This document shows, in pieces, positions 39,895-50,071 of a stretch of 64,000 nt of DNA (the first letter of the stretch is position 1; the number at the start of each line of letters is the position of its first letter). The notes under the pieces were generated by a model that was not told the DNA's origin, made no database searches, and saw nothing but the letters and a program-made list of their open reading frames with translations. The stretch covers positions 146,276 through 210,275 of the forward strand of contig CAZAYU010000001.1 of NCBI GenBank assembly GCA_964489445.1, read 5' to 3'. The translations under genes were made by a program, and so were the position numbers. This stretch comes from an uncultured Planctomycetia bacterium (GTDB taxonomy: Bacteria; Omnitrophota; Gorgyraeia; Duberdicusellales; 4484-171).

Positions 39895-40817
39895 AAATCC
39901 TCAACCGCTCGAATAACCTTCTCCGGAGCTATCTTCATACATCCATAATCAAAACGACAATCAGAGCCTTCACAAGCTGGGCATTTAATATCCTCGTTTC
40001 TTAAAATTACTGCGTTACTAGACCAAGGCCCAAATCTAACAGCATCCGTTGGTCCGAATAAAACAACTTGATCGATATTTAGATAACTGCCTAGATGCAT
40101 AATTCCAGAATCAACACAAAGAAAAACCCGAGCATATTTTTCCAAAAGATAGGCTGCATCAGCAATGGTAGTTTTCCCTACTAAATCTATAACTGTATTA
40201 AAACTTAAAATATCCCTGTAAAAATCCTTCTCCTTTTCTTCGCCAAGGATAACCAAAGGATAACCTTTCTCAATTAATCCTCGCATAACCTCCTTCAAAC
40301 ATGAATAAGGATACCGTTTCAGCTCCGAAAGCGAAGAGCAAGCAACGAATACCGCTGGAGCAAATTTAATTTTTTGCCACTTTTTTCCCTCTTCCTCGCA
40401 AGGCACGATTTGACCACGAGATATTTTACGATTACAACCAGTAAACGCAGCGGCAATTTTTAAATATATATCCTTAGCGTGACCGCCCTTATAATGCTGA
40501 CGATAAAAAGGAGTGCATTGTTTAGAACCAATAACTACTGGCAAAAACGAATTTTTAAAATCAACGGTTAAATCATACTTACCCCGCAAACCAAAAGCAA
40601 ATTTTACTTTTTGTCGAAAAGACCACGACTTTTTAAATAACAATACTGCATCAATAAAATTATGCTCGAGAAGAAAATCTTTGGTCCGTACAGAAGCAAT
40701 GGCTGTGATTTTGCTTTGAGGATAATTATCCCGCAAACGATCTACTACCGGCAAGCCCATTAATGTATCACCTATATTAGTCGGAAAGTAAATTAAAATA
40801 TTGCTAGGCATCTTCAT
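39888..40817 (-). CDS. GT9 family glycosyltransferase
   Basis: NIGDTLM, VDSGIMHL, LFGPT. Confidence 0.88.
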   Translation of the reverse strand: MKMPSNILIYFPTNIGDTLMGLPVVDRLRDNYPQSKITAIASVRTKDFLLEHNFIDAVLLFKKSWSFRQKVKFAFGLRGKYDLTVDFKNSFLPVVIGSKQCTPFYRQHYKGGHAKDIYLKIAAAFTGCNRKISRGQIVPCEEEGKKWQKIKFAPAVFVACSSLSELKRYPYSCLKEVMRGLIEKGYPLVILGEEKEKDFYRDILSFNTVIDLVGKTTIADAAYLLEKYARVFLCVDSGIMHLGSYLNIDQVVLFGPTDAVRFGPWSSNAVILRNEDIKCPACEGSDCRFDYGCMKIAPEKVIRAVEDLW

Positions 40818-41821
40818 TTGCCTATCATCTGTTTTGCCCGCAAATAAACTTCATCAACACTAATTAATTTCATGCAGATATTATCCTGGCAATTCAGTCT
40901 ATAGCAGGGAAGATGGCAACCCGTATCTTTTCTGATTATGACCACTCTTTTACCCCGCGGAGCAGTTATTCTTTCCAATGTCGGACCAAACAAAACCAGC
41001 GTACTTAATCCTAGAACCGCGGCCAAATGTGCCGGGCCAGAGTCATTAGAGATAAACAAAGTCATTCTTTTCATTAATGCTCCTAATTCCTTAAGGGTAG
41101 TTTGGCCGCAAAGATTCTCAGCTGATTCCTCCATATTCTCAATGACTTTCTGGATTAGCATTCTTTCTTTAGCCGCGCCGATAAAAATTACTTTGCAATT
41201 CAATTCTTTTGTTAATCGATCACTAAGACTAGCAAACTTTTTTGGCGGCCAACGTTTTAATTGCCAGTTAGCTGTAACATTTATCCCAACCAAAGGTGCA
41301 TTATCTTTAGTAATCTTCTCAATAATTTTGCTAGCCGCATGTAAAATTTTATCTGAAATAAAAAACTGAGACCGACGATCATCAATCTTAATGCCACAAG
41401 TTTCAAATAATGTAAGATAGTAATCTTGGCGATGAGTTAAACCAGAAGGCGCTGCAATACATTTAGTAAGGACTAATGAAGTTTTTGCACGTTGAAAACC
41501 AATCCGCTCTTTTATCCCAGCCAAATAACAAATGAAAGCTCGAGTAAAAGAGCGCTGAATAAAAAAAACTGTATCAAATTTCTTTGCTTTTAAAAGTTTG
41601 ATGAATTTTAGTTTAGCCCTAATATCTTTTTGCTGATTTTTCTCATCAAATACTATTACCTCATCAATATACGGATTATCAGTAAATATCTCTTTTACTC
41701 TTTCAACAGCCATCACCCCTAAATAACAAGAAGGAAATTTCTGTTTTATGGCCTTAAATGCTGGGGTAGTCAACACCGCATCGCCAAACCAATTCACCAT
41801 CACTACTAAAATCTTACTCAT
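40814..41821 (-). CDS. waaF: LPS heptosyltransferase II (GT9)
   Basis: NWFGDAVL, KRWP, NLCGQTTL, SNDSGPAHLAA. Confidence 0.85.
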   Translation of the reverse strand: MSKILVVMVNWFGDAVLTTPAFKAIKQKFPSCYLGVMAVERVKEIFTDNPYIDEVIVFDEKNQQKDIRAKLKFIKLLKAKKFDTVFFIQRSFTRAFICYLAGIKERIGFQRAKTSLVLTKCIAAPSGLTHRQDYYLTLFETCGIKIDDRRSQFFISDKILHAASKIIEKITKDNAPLVGINVTANWQLKRWPPKKFASLSDRLTKELNCKVIFIGAAKERMLIQKVIENMEESAENLCGQTTLKELGALMKRMTLFISNDSGPAHLAAVLGLSTLVLFGPTLERITAPRGKRVVIIRKDTGCHLPCYRLNCQDNICMKLISVDEVYLRAKQMIGK

Positions 41822-42585
41822 TAATAAGGGTTTTTTGGTTTTTTAAAAATATTATAGAATCCACTTAGTTTTGCCCAAAGACTAAGTCCTGAATCACTAT
41901 TGGTCACCTTAATCCTTCTTAAGGAAAAAATATCCAGAAAACGGGAAAATCCCCGGTTAGTAGCGCAAGCACACAAATATCCAGCTTCTTCAACATCGTT
42001 TAAAACCTGACGATTAAAACCACCTACAGGATAAGAAATAGTTTGTACATCTGCTCCATATGCTTTTTCTAGTAATCCTTTGGAGCCAAATATTTCTTTT
42101 TTTATTTGGTCAACGCTTAAATCAGGTAAATATTCATGGCTTAAAGTGTGCGAGCCAATGCGTACTTTAGTATTTTTTAAAAAATACTGGATATCTTCCT
42201 TAGATAAATATCCTTCCTCTCCGATATTGTTCGCGATAACAAATATCGTTGCCGGAAAATTAAACTTTTTTAATATTTCCACTGCCTTTACATTATCCTT
42301 GTACCCGTCATCAAAAGTTATAACTACCGCCTTAGAGGGAATTTGTTCCTTTTCAGCCAATAGCCGACAATATTTCTCCAAGCTAATAACCCGATATTTT
42401 CCTTTTTTTATAAATCCCATCTGTCGAGCAAATGTTTCTGGAGTCACTGCAGCATAAGTCTTGACTCTGTTTCCATCTAAAGAGTGATACATCAATATCG
42501 GCACAGAACTGTTTACATTAAGATAAACCCAAAAAGAACAAAACAAAACAGCAGGTACTGTCAGAATAATTAATATTTTCTTCAT
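41821..42585 (-). CDS. Polysaccharide deacetylase (NodB/CE4)
   Basis: PILMYH, ITFDDGY, GSHTLSH, SYPVG. Confidence 0.92.
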   Translation of the reverse strand: MKKILIILTVPAVLFCSFWVYLNVNSSVPILMYHSLDGNRVKTYAAVTPETFARQMGFIKKGKYRVISLEKYCRLLAEKEQIPSKAVVITFDDGYKDNVKAVEILKKFNFPATIFVIANNIGEEGYLSKEDIQYFLKNTKVRIGSHTLSHEYLPDLSVDQIKKEIFGSKGLLEKAYGADVQTISYPVGGFNRQVLNDVEEAGYLCACATNRGFSRFLDIFSLRRIKVTNSDSGLSLWAKLSGFYNIFKKPKNPY

Positions 42586-42602
42586 CTAGTTTATTTTAAA
42601 CT

Positions 42603-43685
42603 TCACTGAGTCAAATTCATTGCTTCCTTATACACTCTTTCGGTAGCCTCGGCCATCTTAGTGTAAGAAAAAGATAATGCGTCTTCTTTTGCTCGAATGA
42701 TAATTTTGTTTACAACGTCCGAATTGGACATTGTTTCCTCAATTCTCTTTTCCAGCTCTTCCCGGTTATATCCATAAAACAAAAATCCATTAATATTGTT
42801 TTTTATGATTTCTGAAATTCCTCCAGTATTGTAGCCAATCACCGGAACTTCCTTAAAAAATGCTTCAACAATTGAATAGCCAAATCCTTCTTTCCGAGAC
42901 GGAACTAGTAAAATGTTTACTGTGTTTAGAAATTCTCCGGATTCACATTGGACAAATTTAACTTTCTTGTTTAGCTTTAGCTTTTGAACGAGTGTTTTTA
43001 AGGCTACCTCCTGTTTTCCCTTACCAGAAACCAAAAAGTAAACATCTTTATTTTTTACCAAAATATTATGTAATGCATCCAGCGCCAAAAATTGGCCTTT
43101 TTCCTCAGAAATTCTGCCTAATATTCCGATTAAAAAATCTGCTTCTGTAAATCCATATTTTTCCCTTATGTTTATCCGAGAACTAAGACTTTCAAAATCA
43201 ACCCCATTGTACACTAACTCAATATTACGCTCCTTAAATTTTAAATCCTCTATTAAATATTTTCTTACAGCTTTACTGATTGCTATTGTTTTAACGCCGG
43301 AAATCTTAATAAGCCGCCTAAAGAATATGTGCTTGTAGAATCCGTGGAAAGTACTAATATAAGGAATTCTTGAGAGTTTCCACATAAGAAGCCCCAGAAG
43401 CTGAGTTACTCGGGTGTTAGCATGTATAACTTCAATTCTTTTAAGACGGCACCATCGAGAAAGGATTACAGCCGAAAATAATATTTTTATGCTCAATATT
43501 GATTTAGTGTCTATCGGTAATTTCTTATAGCCGACATTCTGTTCTTTTAAATATTTAGCCCATTCTCCACCGGAACATCCAACATAAACATTATGTTGTT
43601 TCTCCGATAGCCCCTTAGCTAAATTCAAAACATACCGCGAAAGTCCACCGGGATTAAGATGCGTGGTAAGAATAAGAATATTCAT
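42603..43685 (-). CDS. GT4 glycosyltransferase
   Basis: GGLSRY, GRISEEKG, EGFGYSIVEA. Confidence 0.9.
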   Translation of the reverse strand: MNILILTTHLNPGGLSRYVLNLAKGLSEKQHNVYVGCSGGEWAKYLKEQNVGYKKLPIDTKSILSIKILFSAVILSRWCRLKRIEVIHANTRVTQLLGLLMWKLSRIPYISTFHGFYKHIFFRRLIKISGVKTIAISKAVRKYLIEDLKFKERNIELVYNGVDFESLSSRINIREKYGFTEADFLIGILGRISEEKGQFLALDALHNILVKNKDVYFLVSGKGKQEVALKTLVQKLKLNKKVKFVQCESGEFLNTVNILLVPSRKEGFGYSIVEAFFKEVPVIGYNTGGISEIIKNNINGFLFYGYNREELEKRIEETMSNSDVVNKIIIRAKEDALSFSYTKMAEATERVYKEAMNLTQ

Positions 43686-43702
43686 TACTTTTTAAAATAC
43701 AC

Positions 43703-45787
43703 CTATCTACGTAAAATTTCTCTAATCTTTACGAATACTTCCTGCGATGATATTTTACTCATGCAAACATTAGCTCTCTCTAGGCTGCATTTAGATTGAT
43801 AGCAATATGAACATTTCATTTTTTTAACAAAAATATGTAAGTTCTTGCCCTTCACTGCATGTCTCTGGGGGTCTGTCGGACCAAACAAGCCAATAGTCGA
43901 AACTTCTAAAGCTAACGCTAAATGTAAGGTAGCTGTGTCCGGAGTAATAAAAACTTTCATTTTTTTCATTACCTTCGGCAAGTCAGCCAAATTAGTTTTC
44001 CCGCATAAATTTATTGGATGTGGCCAAATACTTCTTTCGATTTTCTGAGCATATACTTGAGCATCTACATCTCCGAATAATACCACTTTAAACTCAGATA
44101 AATTCTTATTGATTAGCTCTATCAATCTAAAAGTATTTTTAAATGGCCAGGACTTTGATTCCCATTTTTTAGACCCAGACACGTTTATCCCAATAAATTG
44201 TGCATCAGGAAGCGAAAAAGATGATCCACCTTTCTTTTCCCAAAATATTAAACGTTTCTCAATAAGCTTAACTCCTAAAAGCTGCAAAATTTTTTCTTGC
44301 GACTTTAGTGGAGAATCTTTACGCTCATATTTTGCTTTTTTACCAATTAACCAGCCCCAACGTAAATTATAGCCAAATGAATAGCGGGGAAAGCTTAAAA
44401 AAGAAATCAGATGAGAAGTGCGACTGTTTTGCAAATCAACTAAATAATCAAAGGACTTGCGGCGAAGATGCTTGACAATATTTAGTAAACTACGTAATGT
44501 TTTATAATTCTCACCCAGAACAATAATTTCATCAACATAAGGACACTCATGGAATAATAGCCGATATTTTTTTAGAGTTAAGAGAGATATCTTGCTTTTT
44601 GGAAATTTTTTTCTAATTGCTTCTAGGGACGGGAGCACTAGCACTAAGTCCCCCAAGGAAGATATTTTAACAATCAAAATTCGTAAATCATTTATTGCCC
44701 GCTCGTAAACTTCTTTGGTTTCCATTAAGCACCTATCCATCACATACTTGCTCTCTACCTTTTTTCGTGCATTCTTAACTAATTCTGCTGCATAATCCGG
44801 ATTATTAAGTAGCTTTAAAATGCTATCAGCAATTTGTTCACTATTCTTTGGTTCGACTAATATTGCATCTTTACCATCATCGATTATCTCCTTAAATCCA
44901 CCCATATCTGTAGCAATCACCGGAACTCCACAAGCAAAACCCTCAACAACTACCCGGCCAAACGATTCCTCAATGACTGAGGGAGCCACAAGAATGCGGG
45001 CCTCCTCCAGAACTTTACCGATATTTAACTCAAACCCTACAAATTCTACATTATAATTTAATGAACAACGATTAACTAACATTTTTAAATGCTCAAGATA
45101 TTTAGCTTTTGATTTATCGGCAGATCCAATTATTTTTAGTTTAAGGTATGGATTGAAACGTACTACTTTTTTAAATCCTTTTATTAAATGTTCATAGCCT
45201 TTAGTAGGTGATATCCTTCCCACGGCAGCTATCACAATATTATTCTTCCGCTGGCTATAGTCCTTAAATGTAAACTCCTCCAAATTTACCCAACGACTAA
45301 TTACCACTATCTTCTCTTCAGGAACTCCAAAGTTATCCTTCATGTGACGAGCCACTACTTTTGAAGGGCAAATAACATATTTTCCCCATCCCATAACTTC
45401 ACTAAAAAACTTACTCTTATAAATTCCGTGAGCAGTAGTTACAAAATTTACACAACTTCCCCGGGAAGCAAAAAAACTAACCCATCCAGGCATCCGACTA
45501 CGAGCATGGACTACAGAAACTTTGTCTTTTTGAAGAATCCTTCTTAATTTTGGAATTTGCCATAGGATTAGTGGCGACTTCTGTGCTACTGGAAGCTTAT
45601 AATGTTTTACTCCCAATTGAAGCAACCCTTCCACTAGCCTTCCTCCAGAGCTAACTACAATATTGTCCACATCAGCCTCAGAATGTATATTCTGCGCGTT
45701 TCTTTTTTTAAAAAAACTAACCGCATCCACCACACCCCTTTCTACCCCGCCAACATTCATTCTTGGAAGAATTTGCATTATTTTCAT
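43703..45787 (-). CDS. GT4-GT9 fusion glycosyltransferase
   Basis: N-half GGVERG/HARSR/ESFGRVVVE (GT4); C-half KISSLGD/PDTATLHLA/LFGPT (GT9). Confidence 0.88.
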   Translation of the reverse strand: MKIMQILPRMNVGGVERGVVDAVSFFKKRNAQNIHSEADVDNIVVSSGGRLVEGLLQLGVKHYKLPVAQKSPLILWQIPKLRRILQKDKVSVVHARSRMPGWVSFFASRGSCVNFVTTAHGIYKSKFFSEVMGWGKYVICPSKVVARHMKDNFGVPEEKIVVISRWVNLEEFTFKDYSQRKNNIVIAAVGRISPTKGYEHLIKGFKKVVRFNPYLKLKIIGSADKSKAKYLEHLKMLVNRCSLNYNVEFVGFELNIGKVLEEARILVAPSVIEESFGRVVVEGFACGVPVIATDMGGFKEIIDDGKDAILVEPKNSEQIADSILKLLNNPDYAAELVKNARKKVESKYVMDRCLMETKEVYERAINDLRILIVKISSLGDLVLVLPSLEAIRKKFPKSKISLLTLKKYRLLFHECPYVDEIIVLGENYKTLRSLLNIVKHLRRKSFDYLVDLQNSRTSHLISFLSFPRYSFGYNLRWGWLIGKKAKYERKDSPLKSQEKILQLLGVKLIEKRLIFWEKKGGSSFSLPDAQFIGINVSGSKKWESKSWPFKNTFRLIELINKNLSEFKVVLFGDVDAQVYAQKIERSIWPHPINLCGKTNLADLPKVMKKMKVFITPDTATLHLALALEVSTIGLFGPTDPQRHAVKGKNLHIFVKKMKCSYCYQSKCSLERANVCMSKISSQEVFVKIREILRR

Positions 45788-47589
45788 ATTATCCGCCTTA
45801 TTGCCTGTTTTAATATCTTTTGGTTTTCGTCAAAAATTATGGGCTTTTTTAACGAAGTTATTTCTATTTTATAAGGATTTCTTAGACAAAAAATAGCATC
45901 TTGTATCGACTCAAAAAAAACTCTTCGTTTATCGTCAGGACTTTCTAAAAATACACATACACATGGTTTTTTAAGGGAAATAATTTCAGAAACCATAGAA
46001 ATACTCTCGCTTGTAGTAAACACCACATCAGAAAAAAAAGAAAATCCATCAAATACAAAATTATAATTTTGCTCATTGGCAATGACTAATACTTCCTTAT
46101 TACAGAATCCAGAAAACTCACTTTTAATATACTCCTCAGCTTCTACAGGACTACGCCGAGAAGTACTGACAAGAACTTTGTATCCTCTTTTAAGAGAAAA
46201 TTCTTTGAATTTCGGCACAAATGCCTTTAAATTGTCCATAAATTTTTGTTTTCCTGAAAGGGGTCCTCCGACAAAAAAAGTAATTTTTTTATCATTGCCT
46301 AAATCAAAAAAGCTTTTGCACTCCTTTATTTTTTTATCTACATTATACGGATAGCATACTGCTCCTTTTATTATTACCGCATTAGAAGAAATCAAGCGAT
46401 CATGCTCAGGAATAATTGCCAAGTCAAATTGCCGCAAAGGTATATTAGGCCTCAAGATGACTACAGACTTAGCACCCAAATAAGAAGAAACCAATTTATT
46501 TATCGGAGCAATAAAACTTCCAGTACTCACAACGATATCCGTAAATTCCATGCTCAATGCCTGTTCTGCGCTTCGCTTGAGCAGAAAAGAAAGCCATTTT
46601 CCGGAAGATAATGAATGCTTCTCAGCGCACAACGCCACTAAATTAGCAAGTACTCGGCAAAAATAATTCTTATATTCTACATCTATAGACTTTGCTTGTA
46701 TATATTTATTGCCTTGTTTTGCTAATTCTAGGAATGCTTGCGACTGTTTAAAGTGGCCAGATTTACCGTCATTTAAAATTAATATCTTTTTATCTAGTTT
46801 CCGCTTGAACCTTTTATAGGGCCAAAAATAATACTCAGGTGATGCGGTTAAGTACTCTTGATAAATTCTATTGATTTGAGCAAGTAAATCTTCTTCACTC
46901 TTATTATGTGTCTCTATCGAATCTCCTATCACCGCTAAGTTAGAGAAAGCCTTGCGTCGATAAGCAAAACAAGGATATATTTTTTTATTAAACTTCTTAG
47001 CTAAATATGCTGCTCCACGGGGAGTAGGAACTAAATGTGAAAAAAAATCAACAGCGATATCATCTTCTCTTGCTCCGTGATCAACAGTCACCCCAATAAT
47101 ATAATTATCTTTTATGCATCTAATCAGATCTCTCACCGAAAAGCAAATCTTTACACCCTGTTTTATTCTCAGCTTGGTAAAAAATTTTCCCAACACACTA
47201 TTTTTTTGAGTTTGAATAAATATAGCAAATTTTCTCTGATTAGCAAACGCAAAATTATTAATTTCCCAATTACCAGAATGAATTGCAACCAACACCCCAC
47301 CGTCAGAACCAATTTTTTCGATACCTTCAATATCAACAGAATTTGGTATCCGGCTAAAAATTAAACTCTCTACCAAACTTAAACCAAAATTATAAAAACT
47401 TTTTTTAATTATTAACAAAATTTCCTTATGAGATTTACTAGGAAAAGCAATCTTAATATTTTTAAAGGCCGTTCTTCTTTTCCGCTTATTTAAATAAAAA
47501 GCTATGCCGATTGTTCTTCCTAAAAAATAAGAAAAACTTAACGGAGCTATCAATAATATTTTTTGAATTGTTTGCGCCAAATAATACAT
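45784..47589 (-). CDS. Lipid A acyltransferase (LpxL/HtrB-like) fused to ELM1/GtrOC1-like domain
   Basis: HSGNWE, PEYYFWPYKRFK; then LNDGKSGHFKQS, IPEHD, STSRRSP, TSESISMVSE. Confidence 0.85.
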   Translation of the reverse strand: MYYLAQTIQKILLIAPLSFSYFLGRTIGIAFYLNKRKRRTAFKNIKIAFPSKSHKEILLIIKKSFYNFGLSLVESLIFSRIPNSVDIEGIEKIGSDGGVLVAIHSGNWEINNFAFANQRKFAIFIQTQKNSVLGKFFTKLRIKQGVKICFSVRDLIRCIKDNYIIGVTVDHGAREDDIAVDFFSHLVPTPRGAAYLAKKFNKKIYPCFAYRRKAFSNLAVIGDSIETHNKSEEDLLAQINRIYQEYLTASPEYYFWPYKRFKRKLDKKILILNDGKSGHFKQSQAFLELAKQGNKYIQAKSIDVEYKNYFCRVLANLVALCAEKHSLSSGKWLSFLLKRSAEQALSMEFTDIVVSTGSFIAPINKLVSSYLGAKSVVILRPNIPLRQFDLAIIPEHDRLISSNAVIIKGAVCYPYNVDKKIKECKSFFDLGNDKKITFFVGGPLSGKQKFMDNLKAFVPKFKEFSLKRGYKVLVSTSRRSPVEAEEYIKSEFSGFCNKEVLVIANEQNYNFVFDGFSFFSDVVFTTSESISMVSEIISLKKPCVCVFLESPDDKRRVFFESIQDAIFCLRNPYKIEITSLKKPIIFDENQKILKQAIRRII

Positions 47590-47590
47590 T

Positions 47591-48616
47591 TTAACTAGAG
47601 ATACATAGCAAGCGTTCTATATGCTTCTTTAATTCATTCTCTTCGACAATCACCAGCTCTACTTCCATAATAAATATATTAAAGTCCCGATTACTTCCTT
47701 CAAAACGATGACGATCCTTTGCTGTAATTAATAGACTCTTAATGCCTTCTTTTGCCATTTTTTCTGCAATAACATCCAAATCCTCTTGAGTCAACTGGTA
47801 GTGATCAGGATAAACAAACTGTTTTAGAGGATTAAGCCCTGTCTCCTTTATTTTATTAAAAAACCCCTGCGGATACCCAATAGCACAAAAAGCAGCTATT
47901 TTTTTTCCTTTTAACTCTGATAAAAAAACCTCATTATTATCTCTGGTTGAAAATTTTTTTACTTTGTAATGCGAAAAATATACTTTAGACTTAGATGCTA
48001 TATTCAATATCCGTTTTTTAACTTCCGATAAATTCTCTATCTCATCGGAATAATTAATAATAATGATGTCTGCCCTCTTTAAGGATGATAACGGTTCACG
48101 AAAAAAATAAGCAGGAATTAAATTATGCGTTCGCTTGAATTCACGTGACCCCATAATTACAATATCTATATTTCGCCACAAACAACGGTGCTGAAATCCA
48201 TCGTCCAAAATAAAAGCATCAAAGGACAAATCAAGATTTTCTGCTAATTTTGCCCGGTTTTTACCCTCAAACACATTATTAACTTGAGATCTTAACAACT
48301 CACCTTCGTCTATCCCGTAACCACGTCGCAAGATTGCCGTTTTAAGACTTACGGAAAGATGCTTGTAGAGCCACATACTAAAAGAAGTCTTTCCTGAACC
48401 AGCCCAAGAAATATTTCCAATGCTAATAACTTTGGCTTTTGAATGATATACATCAGTAATCTTGCAATTATAACAAGCATTTCTCAAAAATATTACCCCG
48501 CCATACAGAAGAGATAATAAGTAAAAAACAGCGTAGGCTAACACCTCGAAAAAGTTTTTTTTATCTTTCTCTATAAACGTTAGATACCATCTTGTTATCC
48601 TCAGATATCGCTTCAT
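47591..48616 (-). CDS. lpxK: Tetraacyldisaccharide 4'-kinase
   Basis: VISIGNISWAGSGKT, RRGYG, LDDGFQH, YPDH, TAKD. Confidence 0.92.
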   Translation of the reverse strand: MKRYLRITRWYLTFIEKDKKNFFEVLAYAVFYLLSLLYGGVIFLRNACYNCKITDVYHSKAKVISIGNISWAGSGKTSFSMWLYKHLSVSLKTAILRRGYGIDEGELLRSQVNNVFEGKNRAKLAENLDLSFDAFILDDGFQHRCLWRNIDIVIMGSREFKRTHNLIPAYFFREPLSSLKRADIIIINYSDEIENLSEVKKRILNIASKSKVYFSHYKVKKFSTRDNNEVFLSELKGKKIAAFCAIGYPQGFFNKIKETGLNPLKQFVYPDHYQLTQEDLDVIAEKMAKEGIKSLLITAKDRHRFEGSNRDFNIFIMEVELVIVEENELKKHIERLLCISS

Positions 48617-48624
48617 TGGTTAAA

Positions 48625-49992
48625 CTAACTATGCCCCATAGAATTTCGAATTAGCTGCAGGTTCTTTGATAAGCATTTTTTTTCCTTTTGAAACACCTTA
48701 ACACACCCTTCAGCTAAGCTCTTCCTTAGTTTTCTATCATCTAGTAATCGCAAAATGCTGTCTTTGAGCTCTGCTGGATTATTTACCTGAATTCCCGCTT
48801 TCTTTTCTAATACAATTTTTTTAATATCTAAAAAATTATTCATATAGGGACCAAACAATGTCGGTTTTGAAAAATAAACCGGTTCAAGAATATTATGTCC
48901 ACCACAAGGGGAAAGACTCCCTCCCACAAAACAAATATCCGCAACGCCGAACAAAGATAACAGTTCTCCGAGCGTATCCACAACAAATACCGAATTCTCC
49001 GGAGTTGAATCGCCAGTCGCTTCACTAATCTTTATTGGCTTAAACTCCGCTAGAGCTATCACTTTCATAACACTTTCTATCCTCTGAAGATGACGGGGAG
49101 CAATAACTAACTTTAAATTATTAAATTCCTTCAAAAGATCTTTGTAGATGTTTATAATAATCTCTTCCTCTGGATGATGAGTACTTGCTGCAATAAGAAT
49201 CAATTTGTCGTTTTTATTAAAGTTTTTAACCTCGGTGGTTACAAATTCTTGCTGTTGGCTTATATTCAATTGGGTACTAAGTGATGTTTCAACTAAAGGC
49301 AAATTAAACAGCGAAGAATATTTTTTTTGAATTTTTAACATCTTTTCTTTGGCAGGTAGAATGCTTTCAAATTTCAAATTACCGGAAATAATTAACTTTT
49401 CTGCATCCGCCCCTAAGGAAATAAACCTCTTTTTATACATCTCATTTTGTACACCAATGTATAGACACCGATTGATAGTTGATTTAAGTGCCTGATTTGT
49501 CCATCTATATCTTTGGTACGCACTATCTGATATTCTCCCGTTGATGATGACTATCGGAATATTTTTTCTTTTCAGCTGGTAAAAAAGGTTGGGCCAAATT
49601 TCTGTTTCCAATCCGATGAATACTCTGGGATTTATTACTTTTATAGCTTTCCTGAGGACAAAAGAGATATCTAAAGGAAAAAAAATAATCTTTGCTAGTT
49701 TTGAATACTTTCTTCTAGCCATTAAATTCCCTGTTAAGGTCGTAGTAGAAATAACGATCGGACAACCATATTCATCCTTAATTTTAGTTAGTAAATTCTC
49801 AATTAAATTCACTTCTCCCACACTAACCACTTGCAACCAAATGCTCCGATTTGGAGAAAACCAGCTAATGCATCCCAACCTTTCTTTTAAAGACAAAAAA
49901 GTTATTTTTTTACGCCAAAAATACACAGGGAGATAAATTATAAACCCAAACAAGAAAACTAAATCATAGATTAAAAACTTAATCTCTCTCAT
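48625..49992 (-). CDS. waaA: 3-deoxy-D-manno-octulosonic acid (Kdo) transferase
   Basis: VSVGE, ETEIWPN, GNLKF, AASTH, APRH, GGHNILEP. Confidence 0.94.
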   Translation of the reverse strand: MREIKFLIYDLVFLFGFIIYLPVYFWRKKITFLSLKERLGCISWFSPNRSIWLQVVSVGEVNLIENLLTKIKDEYGCPIVISTTTLTGNLMARRKYSKLAKIIFFPLDISFVLRKAIKVINPRVFIGLETEIWPNLFYQLKRKNIPIVIINGRISDSAYQRYRWTNQALKSTINRCLYIGVQNEMYKKRFISLGADAEKLIISGNLKFESILPAKEKMLKIQKKYSSLFNLPLVETSLSTQLNISQQQEFVTTEVKNFNKNDKLILIAASTHHPEEEIIINIYKDLLKEFNNLKLVIAPRHLQRIESVMKVIALAEFKPIKISEATGDSTPENSVFVVDTLGELLSLFGVADICFVGGSLSPCGGHNILEPVYFSKPTLFGPYMNNFLDIKKIVLEKKAGIQVNNPAELKDSILRLLDDRKLRKSLAEGCVKVFQKEKKCLSKNLQLIRNSMGHS

Positions 49993-50071
49993 ATTTTCTT
50001 TCCTCTATCCATTTTTTCTTCTATCAATCTATACCTTCCAATTTAATATTTTTCTTATCACTTAAACATTC

